A stretch of DNA of 63,357 nt, filler included, from Perkinsus chesapeaki ATCC PRA-425 (taxonomy: Eukaryota; Protista; Perkinsozoa), in the NCBI GenBank assembly GCA_013115145.1. It is 7 parts of 7 records of this genome, joined end to end, with 100 filler letters (N's around TTAATTAATTAA, not from the genome) between each part and the next. Parts side by side here need not be neighbours in the genome. Positions count along the whole stretch, not along the records: positions 16,359 to 46,507 come from JAAPAO010000442.1; 6 more parts are not named here. One strand, given 5' to 3'. This document shows positions 22,909 through 35,509 of this stretch, in pieces. Every line of letters starts with the position of its first letter. The stretch's first letter is position 1. The notes below the pieces were generated by a model. That model was not told the origin of the DNA. It saw nothing but the letters and a program-made list of their open reading frames with translations, and searched no databases. Position numbers and translations under genes: made by a program.

Positions 22909-23939
22909 TTAAATTACTGGTATCATACAGAGTAACATCGTTATCGGTATAACCATCCACCTCACGAGGTCGTCGGTCTCTAATAGAGACTCTCTATTAT
23001 CAGGCATGCGTACATTCCTTCGACCATCAAAATTACCACACTTTGTAGTAACACCTTGGTCACGCAGTCGACGGCGGCATTCACGCCAGAAATAGCCAGG
23101 GATACCACAATAATCACATGTAAGAGTCCAAGGAGCTTGATGTGTTTGGTTACGCCCGTTGTTCAGATATGCATTTCCAATAGGTCTTCTCTGATATTGA
23201 TAGCGGCCATAACGAGAGCGTCCTTTACCACCTTTACCTTTACCACGTCGGGATATAAAGTTTACCATCATTTCTTGTTCTTGGCGAATAGCCTCAGTGA
23301 GGTCAGCGATTGCTGCGACCACAGGATGTGGCTTCTCCAGAGGGTTGTTCAGCTGAACCGAGGGTGGATTACTCGTATCAACCATAGGCACCGGATTCGG
23401 ACTTGAAGAAGTAGTAGCTGGTGGGCTCGATGATGAGGGTGTTGTTTGAATAGCTTGGAGCCTCTTCGCCATACGTAGGGCACCTTGTGAACTATTAATA
23501 GACTCTCTTGACTTCCGGAGATCAACCTGCGAATCACTAGGTGGTGAAGCGATAAATTTCGCAATCAACAAGGCATCACGAGACTTAGGGATAAACCACT
23601 AGAATCTAACAATTCCGTGAGCTGATAGGAATAGAGGCTATCTGTGGGGTTGTAATGAGCGTTGGAGAATTCATCAAAAGCCGTGCTCTGCTCTGGGGCA
23701 AATTCTTCTTCAAGCTTGTTCAGAACCTTTGATAGACTAGCCTTGTCATCTTTAGATAAACGTGTGAAAGTAAACAATGCAACCTTTTCCAACAGAGTTG
23801 GTAGTTTCTTGAGGGCCATCTCGTCACTCCAACCATTAGCTTCTTGGCAGTAATGAGAACCGAAGTCTTCATTCACGAAAGGTTCCTGAACCCGAATATG
23901 GCTTAGGAACTGCAGTATACTTGCTTGTTGCTGACTCAT
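22909..23939 (-). pseudogene. LTR-retrotransposon gag remnant (frameshifted, degenerate zinc knuckle)
   Basis: ORF 23565..23939 is capsid-like (ANGWSDEMALKKLPTLL). ORF 22909..23571 has CDYCGIPGYFWREC, a CCHC knuckle with H replaced by Y. Confidence 0.7.
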
Positions 23940-23973
23940 CTTTATCGGACTTGTTCATAATGTTGCGTTGGGA

Positions 23974-23983
23974 GCTGCTACCA
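23974..23983 (-). promoter_or_regulatory. Primer-binding site TGGTAGCAGC (complementary to an initiator tRNA-Met 3' end)
   Basis: On the minus strand, ...CCACA-AAG-TGGTAGCAGC lies just upstream of the gag ATG. Confidence 0.7.
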
Positions 23984-23986
23984 CTT

Positions 23987-24160
23987 TGTGGAACGCAAGT
24001 AAACTTATAATAGTAGGAGGTATAAGTTAATATATGGAGGGGCTGCGGGAGCCCTGAGCTTAGCTACAGCTATAAGGGACAATAATTGTGTCAGTCACCA
24101 CAGCCTTGCCGATCGCCGTGATAGCAGTATTCGGCCTTTACGCTAAATGAATCTCTAACA
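23987..24160 (-). mobile_element. Putative 5' LTR (TGTTAG...CA)
   Basis: TG...CA boundaries ending 3 nt before the PBS. No second LTR is visible to confirm the 5' boundary. Confidence 0.4.
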
Positions 24161-24901
24161 TCATATTGTTCTTCCCCTAGATATCATCCAAAAAAGAGTA
24201 TAAATAGGGTCACTGATTTGGATATTTGTGATTTGGATATGTCACTCAGGTGCTGAGCCAGGTAGCTCTTGCCACGCCCGGAATGTCCCGCTCATGCTAA
24301 GTTGCGGCTGCGGCTCGTAGCCGACTCGAGCATTCACCGTATCGCGTCGGCAGATTGGGAAAATGGCACAGAATTATCAAGAAGTACTTTCTCAATCGCG
24401 GCCGTCGTAACACCACTGCACGCGCACACACTGTCGGCCTTCTGGTGCAAAGTCTCCATTCTATTATAGTACAGGCGGCTCTCTCAATGCCTTCAGTCGC
24501 TGATTCGAGAGACCATATTTTCTTGAGCTACTACTACTCTCTCATATTTCCTTGAGCTGTACTAGGCGTGTCCTTGTGGTCAAGAATGAACGTTTCAACA
24601 TTTTTTTCAGTACGGGCCGCCGACAGGGAATCACTGACAGTCTTGAGGTTCCTACTCACAACCCAAGGTGCGAGATCGCTTAATCGGCGTATTTTTGTTC
24701 TTTCACCAGAACCGTTTCTGGCATTAACCATGCATATATCCTTCTCGGATGGTGTAAGAGGTAATGGTGGATGATAATTACTCAAGAAAGTCAACGCATC
24801 CACCATAGTACAGTACTTGCGAGTAGCTTGTAGGTAGCTTGCGAGACACGACTTGAATGCTTTGAAGTGAACAGGAATAGCACGCTGGAGTGATAGTTGA
24901 G

Positions 24902-25023
24902 CGGGTGTATAACGATTGGTACACATAAATTACGTACACATGAAACTCGTAAACGGAATTTTTGACCTTTAACTGGTACACCAATTTCCCATACACTCAA
25001 ATCTCTGTCGACGAGATGTGATA
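24902..25023 (-). repeat. CGGG terminus and GTACAC array (type II end), left part
   Basis: CGGGTGTATAACGATTGGTACACATAAATTACGTACAC is an imperfect inverted match to the 22269 and 46681 termini. The array continues at 27546 after the Tc1-like insertion. Confidence 0.8.
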
Positions 25024-27545
25024 CAGTACGTGTCATCTAGAAATGCGCGCGAAAGGCGGGCAAATTTTTCGCCAGCTAGATCGAATTTCACCTTATTTCC
25101 TTTTCTGTCGAATTCTATGACCTCGATTACCCATAAATCCAAGCCGGGCAGCTGAGACTCGAACAAAAAATTTTTTAGCTGTTTTCGTGCCGGAAGACGC
25201 GACGTGCTGGCGCGCACCGCCGCATATTGCGCGCTAGCACGCGCTCATTGAACCACCCAATATTATATCAGTAACCATAAGTCATAACGGTATTTTAATA
25301 ATGCACTCACCAAGTGACTCGACCGAGGCGCTCGGCCCAAGCCAGAGCTCTGCTACTTCCACTGGGTTATCGGCTTCCAACGCGGAGGAGGACCTCACTC
25401 CTCACTATAAGAGAACACTCGCTAAGGCCAAGGCCAAGGGGCGCCCCAAGAAGTCTCTCCGACTCAAGGCTGTGAAGGGATCAAGTGAAGAGCCTGTCAC
25501 CCCTCATTTGCATAAGTATGATACCCGCAACCAGCCTTTAACGAGAGCTCAGAAGCGCGACATGAGTCGCAAGCCCAAGCCTCCTGTTAAAAGGCAAAAG
25601 TCGGTATTACTTCCTCGCAAGGGTACTAGGCCCCAAAGCAAAGGAGTCAGAGCCGAGCGAGAAGCTCGAAGAGTTGAACGCGATGAAGAAGTCAATAACT
25701 TACTTGACAGCTTGCGACTTCAGAATCCGTTAGACGAGATGTCCCTTCACTTGAAGAAAAGGCTAGCTGTGTATATATCGCTTACCCAGCTCTATGGCTG
25801 TTATGGATGGAAGTCGCGGACTGTTGTTGAAGAGTTTGTGGCTGACCTGCTTGACCTCAAGCCTTCATCGGGTCGAAGGTGGTCTCACGAGTACGAGACC
25901 AACCACTTCTTGGAGGAAGACCGCCGAGGAAAGCACTCGAAGGTCAGAAGTCCTGTGTATGATCGTGAGTACGACGGTTTCCGGCACTACCGATGGACAA
26001 CCTAACCTGACAGCAGACGCTCTCACTGACTGGGTCAATTCAGACTTGCAGCTCAACGACGAGGACAAGTACTCAAGTCGAACGGTCTCACGGTGGTTAC
26101 ATGCTTTGGGGTTTTCAGTTCACTCGGTGGAGAACACTCTGTACGTCGACGGTCATGAAAGGGAAGATGTGGTGGCTGACAGAAAGCGTCTTTACAACGA
26201 GCTGGAAGAGGTGAGGCCTTCTCTATTGACTATAGATGATTCTACTTTGGAACAAGTTGATAATGAAGGCGCTACTCATGTTCTCATCTCACAAGATGAA
26301 AAAATCCATCATAGTGGAGATACACAGCGACGCTATTGGTCGGATGGCCGCTTCACCAAGCTGAGACAGAAGTCGTTGGGCCGTACTGTTATGACATCTG
26401 ATTTTCTTTCTGAGATCTACGGATTCGTTCGGTACAGCGAGGAAGACATCCTTGTTCCTGGAGAACGGACAGGCTCGGTTTTAGATGTTGCAGCGGATGG
26501 CTATTACAACAACGACCGGTGTTTGGTGGATTTTCTGGAGTGCAGCGAGGCAGTCAAGACTCTCAGTGGTGGTAAACTAGGGTGCGTATTTTTGACTGAT
26601 AGAAGCCCCATACACTGCAAGCATCCTGAAGACGGCCTCAATGCGAAGGCTATGAATGTCAAGCCTGGAGGGAAGCAGTCGATGATGGGCTCAGGCTGGT
26701 TCGAGCGCAACGGCGAGCGTGTCGTGCAGGATATGGTGTTCCCTTCGGACCATCCTCGCTATCCGGGCCAACCTAAAGGCCTGAAGCAAGTGGTGGCCGA
26801 ACGGTTTGGTGAAGCTACTGTGTTGGGGAAAAAGCAAGATGAGTTGGTCAAGCTCCTATCCGCATGCGATGACTTCGCCTCGCAGAGGACTCTTCTCCAG
26901 GAGCAGGGGGAAGCTCGTGGTGATCGCGTAATCTACGGAGTGAAGTTTCATCCCGAATTGGCACCTATAGAAGCTGCATACAGGTCAGTCGCTAAGGCGG
27001 TCAGAATAGGGAAGTCCTCCGGGTCGTCGGCTAAGTTCGTGGAGCGTGTTGAAGAATGTAAGCAGCCGGCTGATTTGACACTTACTCTCATCCGGAAGCA
27101 CTTCCGATCCGTCAGAGAGTACCTCAAGTGCTACGTTCAAGAAATGACGCTGGAAGAGATTAGAAAGCTTAGGAAGACCCGTCGTAAGCATCGCGGACCG
27201 GCACCTATTCTACCTGCTCGTGCAGAGCCGTGCGGGGCTGGCAGATTCAACCGTACTCGTCTAGATCGGCAATGCAGTACCCCTCCTGTAGTTACTAGTT
27301 ACTTTATTAGTGTGGGCAACTATGAATGTGTAGAGTTGAGTCTTACTGGGGTGGAACGAACCAAACTGGTAATTTATGGCAAGTATACACGCCAGCACGT
27401 CGCGTCTTCCAGCACGTCAGCCCGGCCTGGATTTATGGGTAATCGAGGTCGTAGAATTCGACAGAAAAGGAAATAAGGCGAAATTCAATCTGGCTGGCGA
27501 AAAATTTGCCCGCCTTTGGCGCGCATTTCTAGATGACACGTACTG
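25024..27545 (+). mobile_element. IS630/Tc1/mariner-superfamily DNA transposon with long TIRs and TA target duplication
   Basis: TA|CAGTACGTGTCATCTAG...CTAGATGACACGTACTG|TA. TIRs are 25024-25212 and 27390-27545; the right copy has a 33-bp internal deletion. Confidence 0.9.
25301..27476 (+). CDS. DDE transposase (YVDGHER-type), split by a probable intron at 25965-26013 or by a frameshift
   Basis: Motifs LYVDGHEREDVV, ISQDE, FLTDRSPIH, MNVKPGGKQ and KFHPELAPIE. GTGAGT...CCTAAC-CTGACAG (49 nt) joins the two ORFs in phase 1. Confidence 0.85.
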
Positions 27546-27700
27546 TACACCGAAAATTGGTTCAGGGCCAAGTAGCACACAAAAACCTCGTTCATATGAG
27601 TGTCGTACACGAAGATTTGGTTCAGTTCGATCTCGTACTCCCCGAACTCGTACACCCGAGGGCTCGTGCACTTTCGTGGAGTTTTTTCAGTTCAGTAGGG
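27546..27700 (-). repeat. Continuation of the GTACAC/GTTCA array after the transposon insertion
   Basis: Repeated GTACAC, GTTCA and GTGCAC cores in the same orientation as 24902-25023. Confidence 0.7.
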
Positions 27701-28467
27701 AGATGACTAGCTTGGTAATCCAGAGGTCGAGCGTTCAATTCCCAGTGGCGACATAACTGGCAAGCTTTCTCTGCCCGACGGAGCGATTAGCACTTTTTGG
27801 GGTATCAATATTGAGTCAATGCGAATATCAAGTCAATATCAATATCGAGTCATGTCCTTTAGTACTGAAAGGATGAGCATTCCAATGGTATCCGTGGTTA
27901 GGTTTGAATGATTCGCTATAACAAACTTCCTAACAAAAACATGAATTTTGCGCGCATTTCTAAGCTGTAATTGCTAAAAATTTGTTGCACAGGTTTTGCA
28001 CGATTTTTTTATTCTTGCTATTGGCGAGGAGTTTAGCTCTGAAACTTTGAGGGTATACTTGTCATGCATAGGGAATATACTGTATACCTGAGGTACTCAT
28101 TGATTGGCTAACCTTATTTGTTGTGAAAGCCTAGAAAACACGAGTTGCTAAGAATGTGTTGCGCGGTGTATTATTTGCATCTTGTTAGATTATATATTGT
28201 TTAACACATTGACCGGTGATGTCACTTTCGAAAATCTCATAAATGACAATATTATCGTGGTGATCATGTAAATGCTGTTATTGATGATGATGATGATGAT
28301 GATACATGCGGAATTATGAATGATTATATAACTGTTATCGTTATAAATAATAGCCACTTGCTATGCTGAAATGTTATCTATTATCATTTTCACTGCTGGT
28401 ATTTAATACCTACCAATCTATTAGTACTTGTTGCTGTCGACTTGGGTACGGTAGCATTCTCAACTGA

Positions 28468-31400
28468 TCATCTACTGTCTGATCCATTATCCAGATATGT
28501 TAATATTCTCTTCGATTGGAGTCTTATCTAATAATAATACATCACCATCATCATCACCATTCCAATATTGAAAGTATTGTCACATAACACTTCTACCTAC
28601 CCCTCGAGATATCTTTTTCAGCATTTCTTCTTCAGCAGCATGTTCGTCGTCTAAGTTGGTAAATATCTTCATATATTTGACGTTGTTATATTCACAATGC
28701 ATCTTTGGAACATACAGTATATTTCCAAACCTTATTGGGATCACCTCATCTTCATAGTCATCGTCATCGTCATCATCATCATTATCGGTAATCACCAATG
28801 ATTCATCCATCATCACAGAACCAGATACCATTCCGGTAGCTCGTAGAGGATGTGAATTGACCTACAATAATGATAATAATAGTAACAACAACAATAATAT
28901 GATGATGTGATGATAGTGATTATTATAATGATACCTCTAGTCTTCTAGTACTCGTCCTTCTTCTTGTTCTTGTACGTGTTGTTCTTGTTATTTGTCTTGA
29001 AAGCATGTCTCTCCTTCTGGAGTAATACTTTTTAATATCTTTATTGATTTGATTATATTCTTGTACGAGAATATTAGTATCGACATCATCTAACTGATCA
29101 TATTCATCGCTTAAGTGTTGAGAAACAGAATGAAGGAGATGGATAAGGTTATTAAGCTTCTTACGTAATGTCTAAAAACAACATCATTACAACCATCATA
29201 ATACCATATAATCAAACATGCTATTGGTTTAGCTAGTTATGTTATAACTACAGTATGTTTATTAATAACGCATTGTTATTACTATCATTGTCATTACCGT
29301 GTCAATATCCTTAGTTATTCTTCGGCTTTTAATCGCCCAACGATGAGCATCAACAGAAAAATGAGGATGTAGACAACCGTGAACTGTGACAATATTATTA
29401 TTGATGATGATGAATTATTATTATTATCATAAATACAGTTGATGTATTACAGTAATTATGATGATGGTTTGTTGTTACTATTGATGATAATAAATTATTG
29501 GATATATTGTAATCTAATTGTAGGATAAATATTACATGGTCATTGACCAAATATTAAGTACTGTATCATCTCTATTAGTCTTACTATTATATTCACTTTT
29601 ATCTTGTAGTAGTTTTGTTGTTGTTGTTGATGGCATCTTTTCCTTTTCCTCATCATTCTTTTGATCCTCTTGTTTTTGATTTTTCAAGTTATTATAATAA
29701 TAAGAATAATCACCACGAAACTCTTCAGCATAAAAGTGCCAAATCCTATCAACACCTTTGTAAGAATATTTACCATACGATGATGATGATGGTTTAGTAG
29801 GGTAGGAAGTTGGGTAGGATATAGGGACAAAATCATCGTTGTTATTATTATTATTATCTTCTTCTTCTTGTTGCTGCTGCTGCATCTTTTTATTATTAAT
29901 GTTGTTATATTGTGGAATATTCAATGGACTACTACTACTACTACTACATAATATTTTCTCAACTTCTTGTATTGTAACATAGTGATGTCTATTCTTCTAA
30001 AAGATTATGACATTTCAAGCGACAACGAGAGTATATAATATTATTATTATTACAGGTGTATTATATTTTATATAATTTAATGATTTTGCCATATCATATC
30101 TTTTCGGCCAGCATATACTTGTTAAAGAATCTTTTCGTCTTAGAATCCAGTGTCGTATACATACACATCTAAGATAGTAGTAGTAGTAATAATAATAATA
30201 ACAAGATAATTACATATCTGCAACGAAATTGCCTTCGACCACATTTTCCTCAATAAATCTCTTATATTGTTGAAATGCATCAAGAACAATAACAAGGAAG
30301 AATGTTATCATAACAAAAAAGCATACTAAACCATATAACATATAGTAACTAATAAAATAATAATAATAACAATAACAACAACAAAGATCACCATTAGTGA
30401 TGATGATTATTAATAACAGTATTATTATTACAGGAATATAAACTCTTTATCAATAAATTCATTTAATGCCTCATCAAATGGCCATACACCAATCATCATT
30501 TGTATCTATTATCTATTAGCAATTGTTGTTGATGTTATTATTATTATATACTAGTACTACCTCAGCTCTAAGTGCATTAAATATTGAACTAAATGGTAGA
30601 AATGATGTACCAATACTCCAATTACCAATTTGTGCGAATATCATTAATATAAGGAATAATATTGTTACAAAATTAATTAAATGTGGACCAGCAAAGTAAA
30701 ATGTCTAAAAAGATGATGATGATGATGATGATGGGAGAAGAGTAAATGTCACATTAATGATCGATATTATTCTTAATCAGTTCCAGTTGAATCAAAACGG
30801 TACGGTGGTATAAGGCTGCTATGGATTTATAATAATTATGTCATGTTCGGGATGGATGATGATGATAACTTTATAAAAATATCGATAATTATTGATTATA
30901 ATAATCGTGTTACTCATTATTGAATTTATAATTTATCACTCTTAATTCTAATATGACTATTGTTGTTCTTGTTGTTTTTGTTGTTGTTTACCATTTCCAA
31001 TAATGCTATTCTGGGATGTGCATGTATTATATATAATGCTCTCCATCCACATATTGTCATACCTATAATTGTACCTACTACTATATAATTAAGCTATATG
31101 TTGTAGGAGGAGGAGGCTATAATTAGTATTATTAATAACATTATTATTACAAATATCTATTATAAAATAATTATTTGTCATCTTATCTAGATCTCTAGTT
31201 ACTGCATAATATAACTGCTATTAATGGATAATCATAATGCATCAGCTTAACCCTAATCATCATACCTCAATATCATCATCATTATCATATATTGTTGTTG
31301 TTGTTGTTTTATTATCATATAAATATAATATTATATCATCATAACGTAATATAAATGTATGTAATATAACCCTTAAAAACATAATACATAAAAATACCTG

Positions 31401-33806
31401 AACACCAAAAACAACAACAACAACAACAACAACAGAGACAGCAGAGACAACAGAGACAGCAGAGACAACATTATCATAATTATTTTTGTTATTACCAAAG
31501 TAAATAATATAGGTTTTATCCTATGATTCTTATGCATTACTTTATTATTATCATTATTATCGATATTCTGTTTACTATTATTATATTGATAATAATCATC
31601 ATCATAATCATCGCCATTATCCAATTTCTTTGATTTTCTTTGTAATTCTCTATTATGATTTGCCTCTTCTTCCTCTTCGTCGTCGTCGTGGTGGTCGTCA
31701 GTTCTATTATTTTTATGTAGTATTATTCTATAATTATCATATACCCAATAATAATACATATCAACTATTAAAGTAATTATACCAATACATATCTATAAAA
31801 AAGGGGGTCTAATACTATTATAAAATAATGATAATGTTATAATAATAATAATAATCATCATCATACACTTAGCGATATAAATACAATAAACAATATGCTC
31901 TGATATGATGATGATGATCGATAATTATCATTATTATTATATAATCCTTCTTCTCCTTCTCCATCTTTTCTTATTAAATTCCTCATACTAGTAATATATG
32001 TTCTGATCGAAAGCTTGTTATTAATTGGATTAATTCTACACTCGGTTTGAACCTATGTTAATAATAATAATAATATCATTTATTAACCTTAGCTATCACT
32101 GCTGCTGCTTTTCAACCCCAATAACAATAACACTGTTATTATTATTATTACATAAGTAAATATTCTTAATAATGGATGATAAAATGAAACTTTAATATAA
32201 ATAGATTCGATATCATAACCAAGCCAATCAGTCGAAATAACATTATTATTATTATCATCATCTAACATAACGAAAGTAATAGTAATAATAGTCATTATCG
32301 TTGAATAATGAGGTGATTACTACTTTTAAAATTATTTGTAGTAATATAAGGTGATGTTAAATATAAATGATGGTAATTATTATTGGTAATATTAATTATA
32401 CCCCAATTATTATTAGTATTATTATAATCAAATGGATATGTACAATTCGGATGTAGGTGAATAATGTCATTATTATTATTATCATATATACTACTACATG
32501 CCTAAATACATCAATATAGCAATAATAATAATATATTATGCAAATAATATAATTACTACTACTACTACTACTTGTAAACATCCACCATTCATTGATGTTA
32601 ATGATTGACCATCATGAATTAATGATGGACATGATAATGCAACATGGGATTCATCTAGGGATGTATTATAATAATAATTATTAATATTATCAACAACATT
32701 ATAAGAATAAGATTCGCAGTTGGGTGGACGTTCATATTCTTTAATAATTCTGGATATCGGCATAATCGCCATCGAGGAATATGATGATGACGTTTGATTA
32801 TTATTATTGTTATTTATGCTGGTAGTAGTAGTAGTAGTAATATTATTATTAACCATCGTCATATTATTACTATCATCATATAATAGTATTTTATCCATAA
32901 TCCCGACTGATGGATATATTACATTTTTAGTATGTCTATTAATATTTATCAATATATGATAATATTCAACACTAGTAGTACTACTTTAATAATAATGTTT
33001 CATGCTCTTTTGTAAAATGATAATAGTCATCATCCTTATTATTATTATAACAGGAAGTAACATGCCTTTTTCTATTTACCATTAATAATGGCCACATTAC
33101 AACTACTGGATTACTACTACTACTACTACTATAATAATAATAATAATACGAAGCAGTAGTAGTAGTGTTATAATTATTATTACGTAACTATGTAATATGA
33201 TAATTATTATTATCATATAGTTATTATTATTATTACAATAGGATTAAATATAAATGATTGAATTGATGGATAATAAATATCCTTTATCCAATAATGTAGT
33301 ATATCAATATCATCATAATGATCATAATCATTAGTTCTATAAAGTTCTATAGGGGATAATACCTTTAATTTATCCTGTTAACATCATAATAATAATAATA
33401 ATTAATATACTACTACTACTACCTGTATAATATTTTTAATATCTAACATATCCGATGCTACTGATAATGTCTCAATTGACAATGTTATTATACCAAGAAT
33501 AACACATACTAATGATATAAATGATAATAATAATAATATATAATGATTATTATTATTACAACTAAATAGTACTTCCCTTTTTATAGATGTTAACATATTA
33601 TTCTCTAACGTTAATCTATCAATAAAGTTTTGTAAATGTAATGGTGGTGATGATGATGATGGTAGTGTGGAATGAGCAGCAGCAGCAGCAGTAGCATTAT
33701 AATCCTCTTCTTCTTCTTCTTGTTCAAGTTGTTGTTTACCTTGTTTAATAGTGGAATTACGTTGAATTATTGATGGTGTAACTTTATTAAACATATTTAT
33801 AAACAT
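28468..33806 (-). CDS. Multi-exon membrane protein, putative polycystin-2 (TRPP/PKD)-like cation channel; boundaries approximate
   Basis: The first exon has KREVLF...ILLLLSFISLVCVILGIITL. Spliced exons at ~30705-30420 give LFLILMIFAQIGNWSIGTSFLPFSSIFNALRAEIQMMIGVWPFDE, which resembles the PKD-channel S5-pore helix. Confidence 0.45.
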
Positions 33807-33941
33807 AATTATATATCAAATTATTATACTATAACGCTAACAAAGTCAATGATGATGATTATTATTATTATGTTGTTGATGATGAAGTAATTATAATGTA
33901 TACATTATCCATATTCTTCTTCTTCTTGTTATTCTTCTTGT

Positions 33942-35374
33942 TTATGTTGATGTATTGTTGATAATAAATATTCCATTATAGACATGGTTAATGCAGTATT
34001 TGGTGCAAAGAATAACATTCTAGGTATACATCCTTTATACATACCTCTTACACCACCATCATCTTTATATAATTTTATTAAACCATCAATGAATGATTTA
34101 TAATAAAAGTGCGGCCCCCCCGACAGTGGTCGGCGGCTACCCCTTATTATTGTACTACCCTCAATGCCTATTCCTTGGTTATTATTATTATTACTACCAT
34201 AATATTGTCTTTGTACCTGTTGTCAATTACTGTTAATATTATCATTAATAATATATTATTACTTGTAATCTTAGTTTTACTAGATCTAATGGTGTTGTTA
34301 TAAATGATGCAGTTGCTCCTGCTAATGCACATGCCAATACATTCCAATGAAATGGTAATGTAATACTAACAACAACGAGGATGAGGTTATGCGATCATAA
34401 TAATAATAACAAGAAGGAGAAGAAGAAGAAGTGCTTAACTCCGTTCTTGTTGTTGTTGTTGTTGTTGTTGATGATGATGATGATGATGATGATGATGTAT
34501 TATTGATATAATTATATAATAATAATTTATATCTAATCGCTAATAATCTTAATACTTACTATTATTACTACCTTTGTGCAAATGTAAAATATAATGCTGA
34601 GAATGGTCCAAAACTAGCTAATGTTGCCCAATAACCTTTATATAAACATTTAATATTATTATTACGTAATATATCAAAAGAATCTGACTATACTATTATA
34701 ACAATACGATAATATATAACAACACTTTAATAATATTACTATTAAATTTAATCATCGTTGTTTTACTTGTTGTTGTAGTGTGATTATCTTTATATAATTC
34801 ATTTTGAGTTTGTAATCTTTCTTTACATACATCTATAGGTACCCATATAATACAACTTATGGTCTCAGCTAATAAACCACTTGTAAAATCAATAATAATA
34901 TCATTCATATTTAATAATTTATTATTATAACAATAATTTCTTATTATATGATAACTAGTAAAATACCTATATAATAATAATAATGTATATACTTAATAAT
35001 ACACCGGCTTTATAATAATAACATTATTACTTACAAGCATCCAGCAGGTACACCACCAAAAGCTGTTATACCAATACCTTTATATAATTCTTTGTATGAT
35101 AACTTACCATTAATTATTATCTATATAATATATTATTAATATTTATTATATTATTACATTATTATATATCGATACATTATTTGATTGTGATATAACCTAT
35201 TAATTATTCAATCTCTATTATAATAGACTTGATAAATATTACTACCTGTAATTTAGATTTAACTGTATCTATTGGATGTAATAAACATCTTGATATAAAT
35301 GATGCTATTGATGATGTTAAACCAATAGTAATTAGTGATGATGATGTTGAATCGTTCAAATCATTATCAGTCAT
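33942..35374 (-). CDS. Mitochondrial carrier family (SLC25) protein, SAM-carrier-like
   Basis: Three PxDxxKxxLQ signatures (HPIDTVKSKLQ, VPIDVCKERLQ, TPLDLVKLRLQ) and three LYKG motifs (LYKGIGIT, LYKGYWATLASFGPFSALYF, MYKGCIPRM). Confidence 0.9.
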
Positions 35375-35509
35375 CAGTGGCGGCTCAGGCGGCGGCGGGG
35401 GTCAGCTCCTCAATAATAATCTTGCGCACTTACAAATACTATATTACGGAACCTCCTCCTCATCCCTCCTTATTATTATTGTCTTTAGCTACTACTAAAT
35501 ATTAAAGAT

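Noticed and set aside
24534-24926. 130-aa ORF next to the CGGG terminus
   Set aside because: Its start codon lies inside the repeat. The remainder may be a truncated gene fragment, but no family was recognised.
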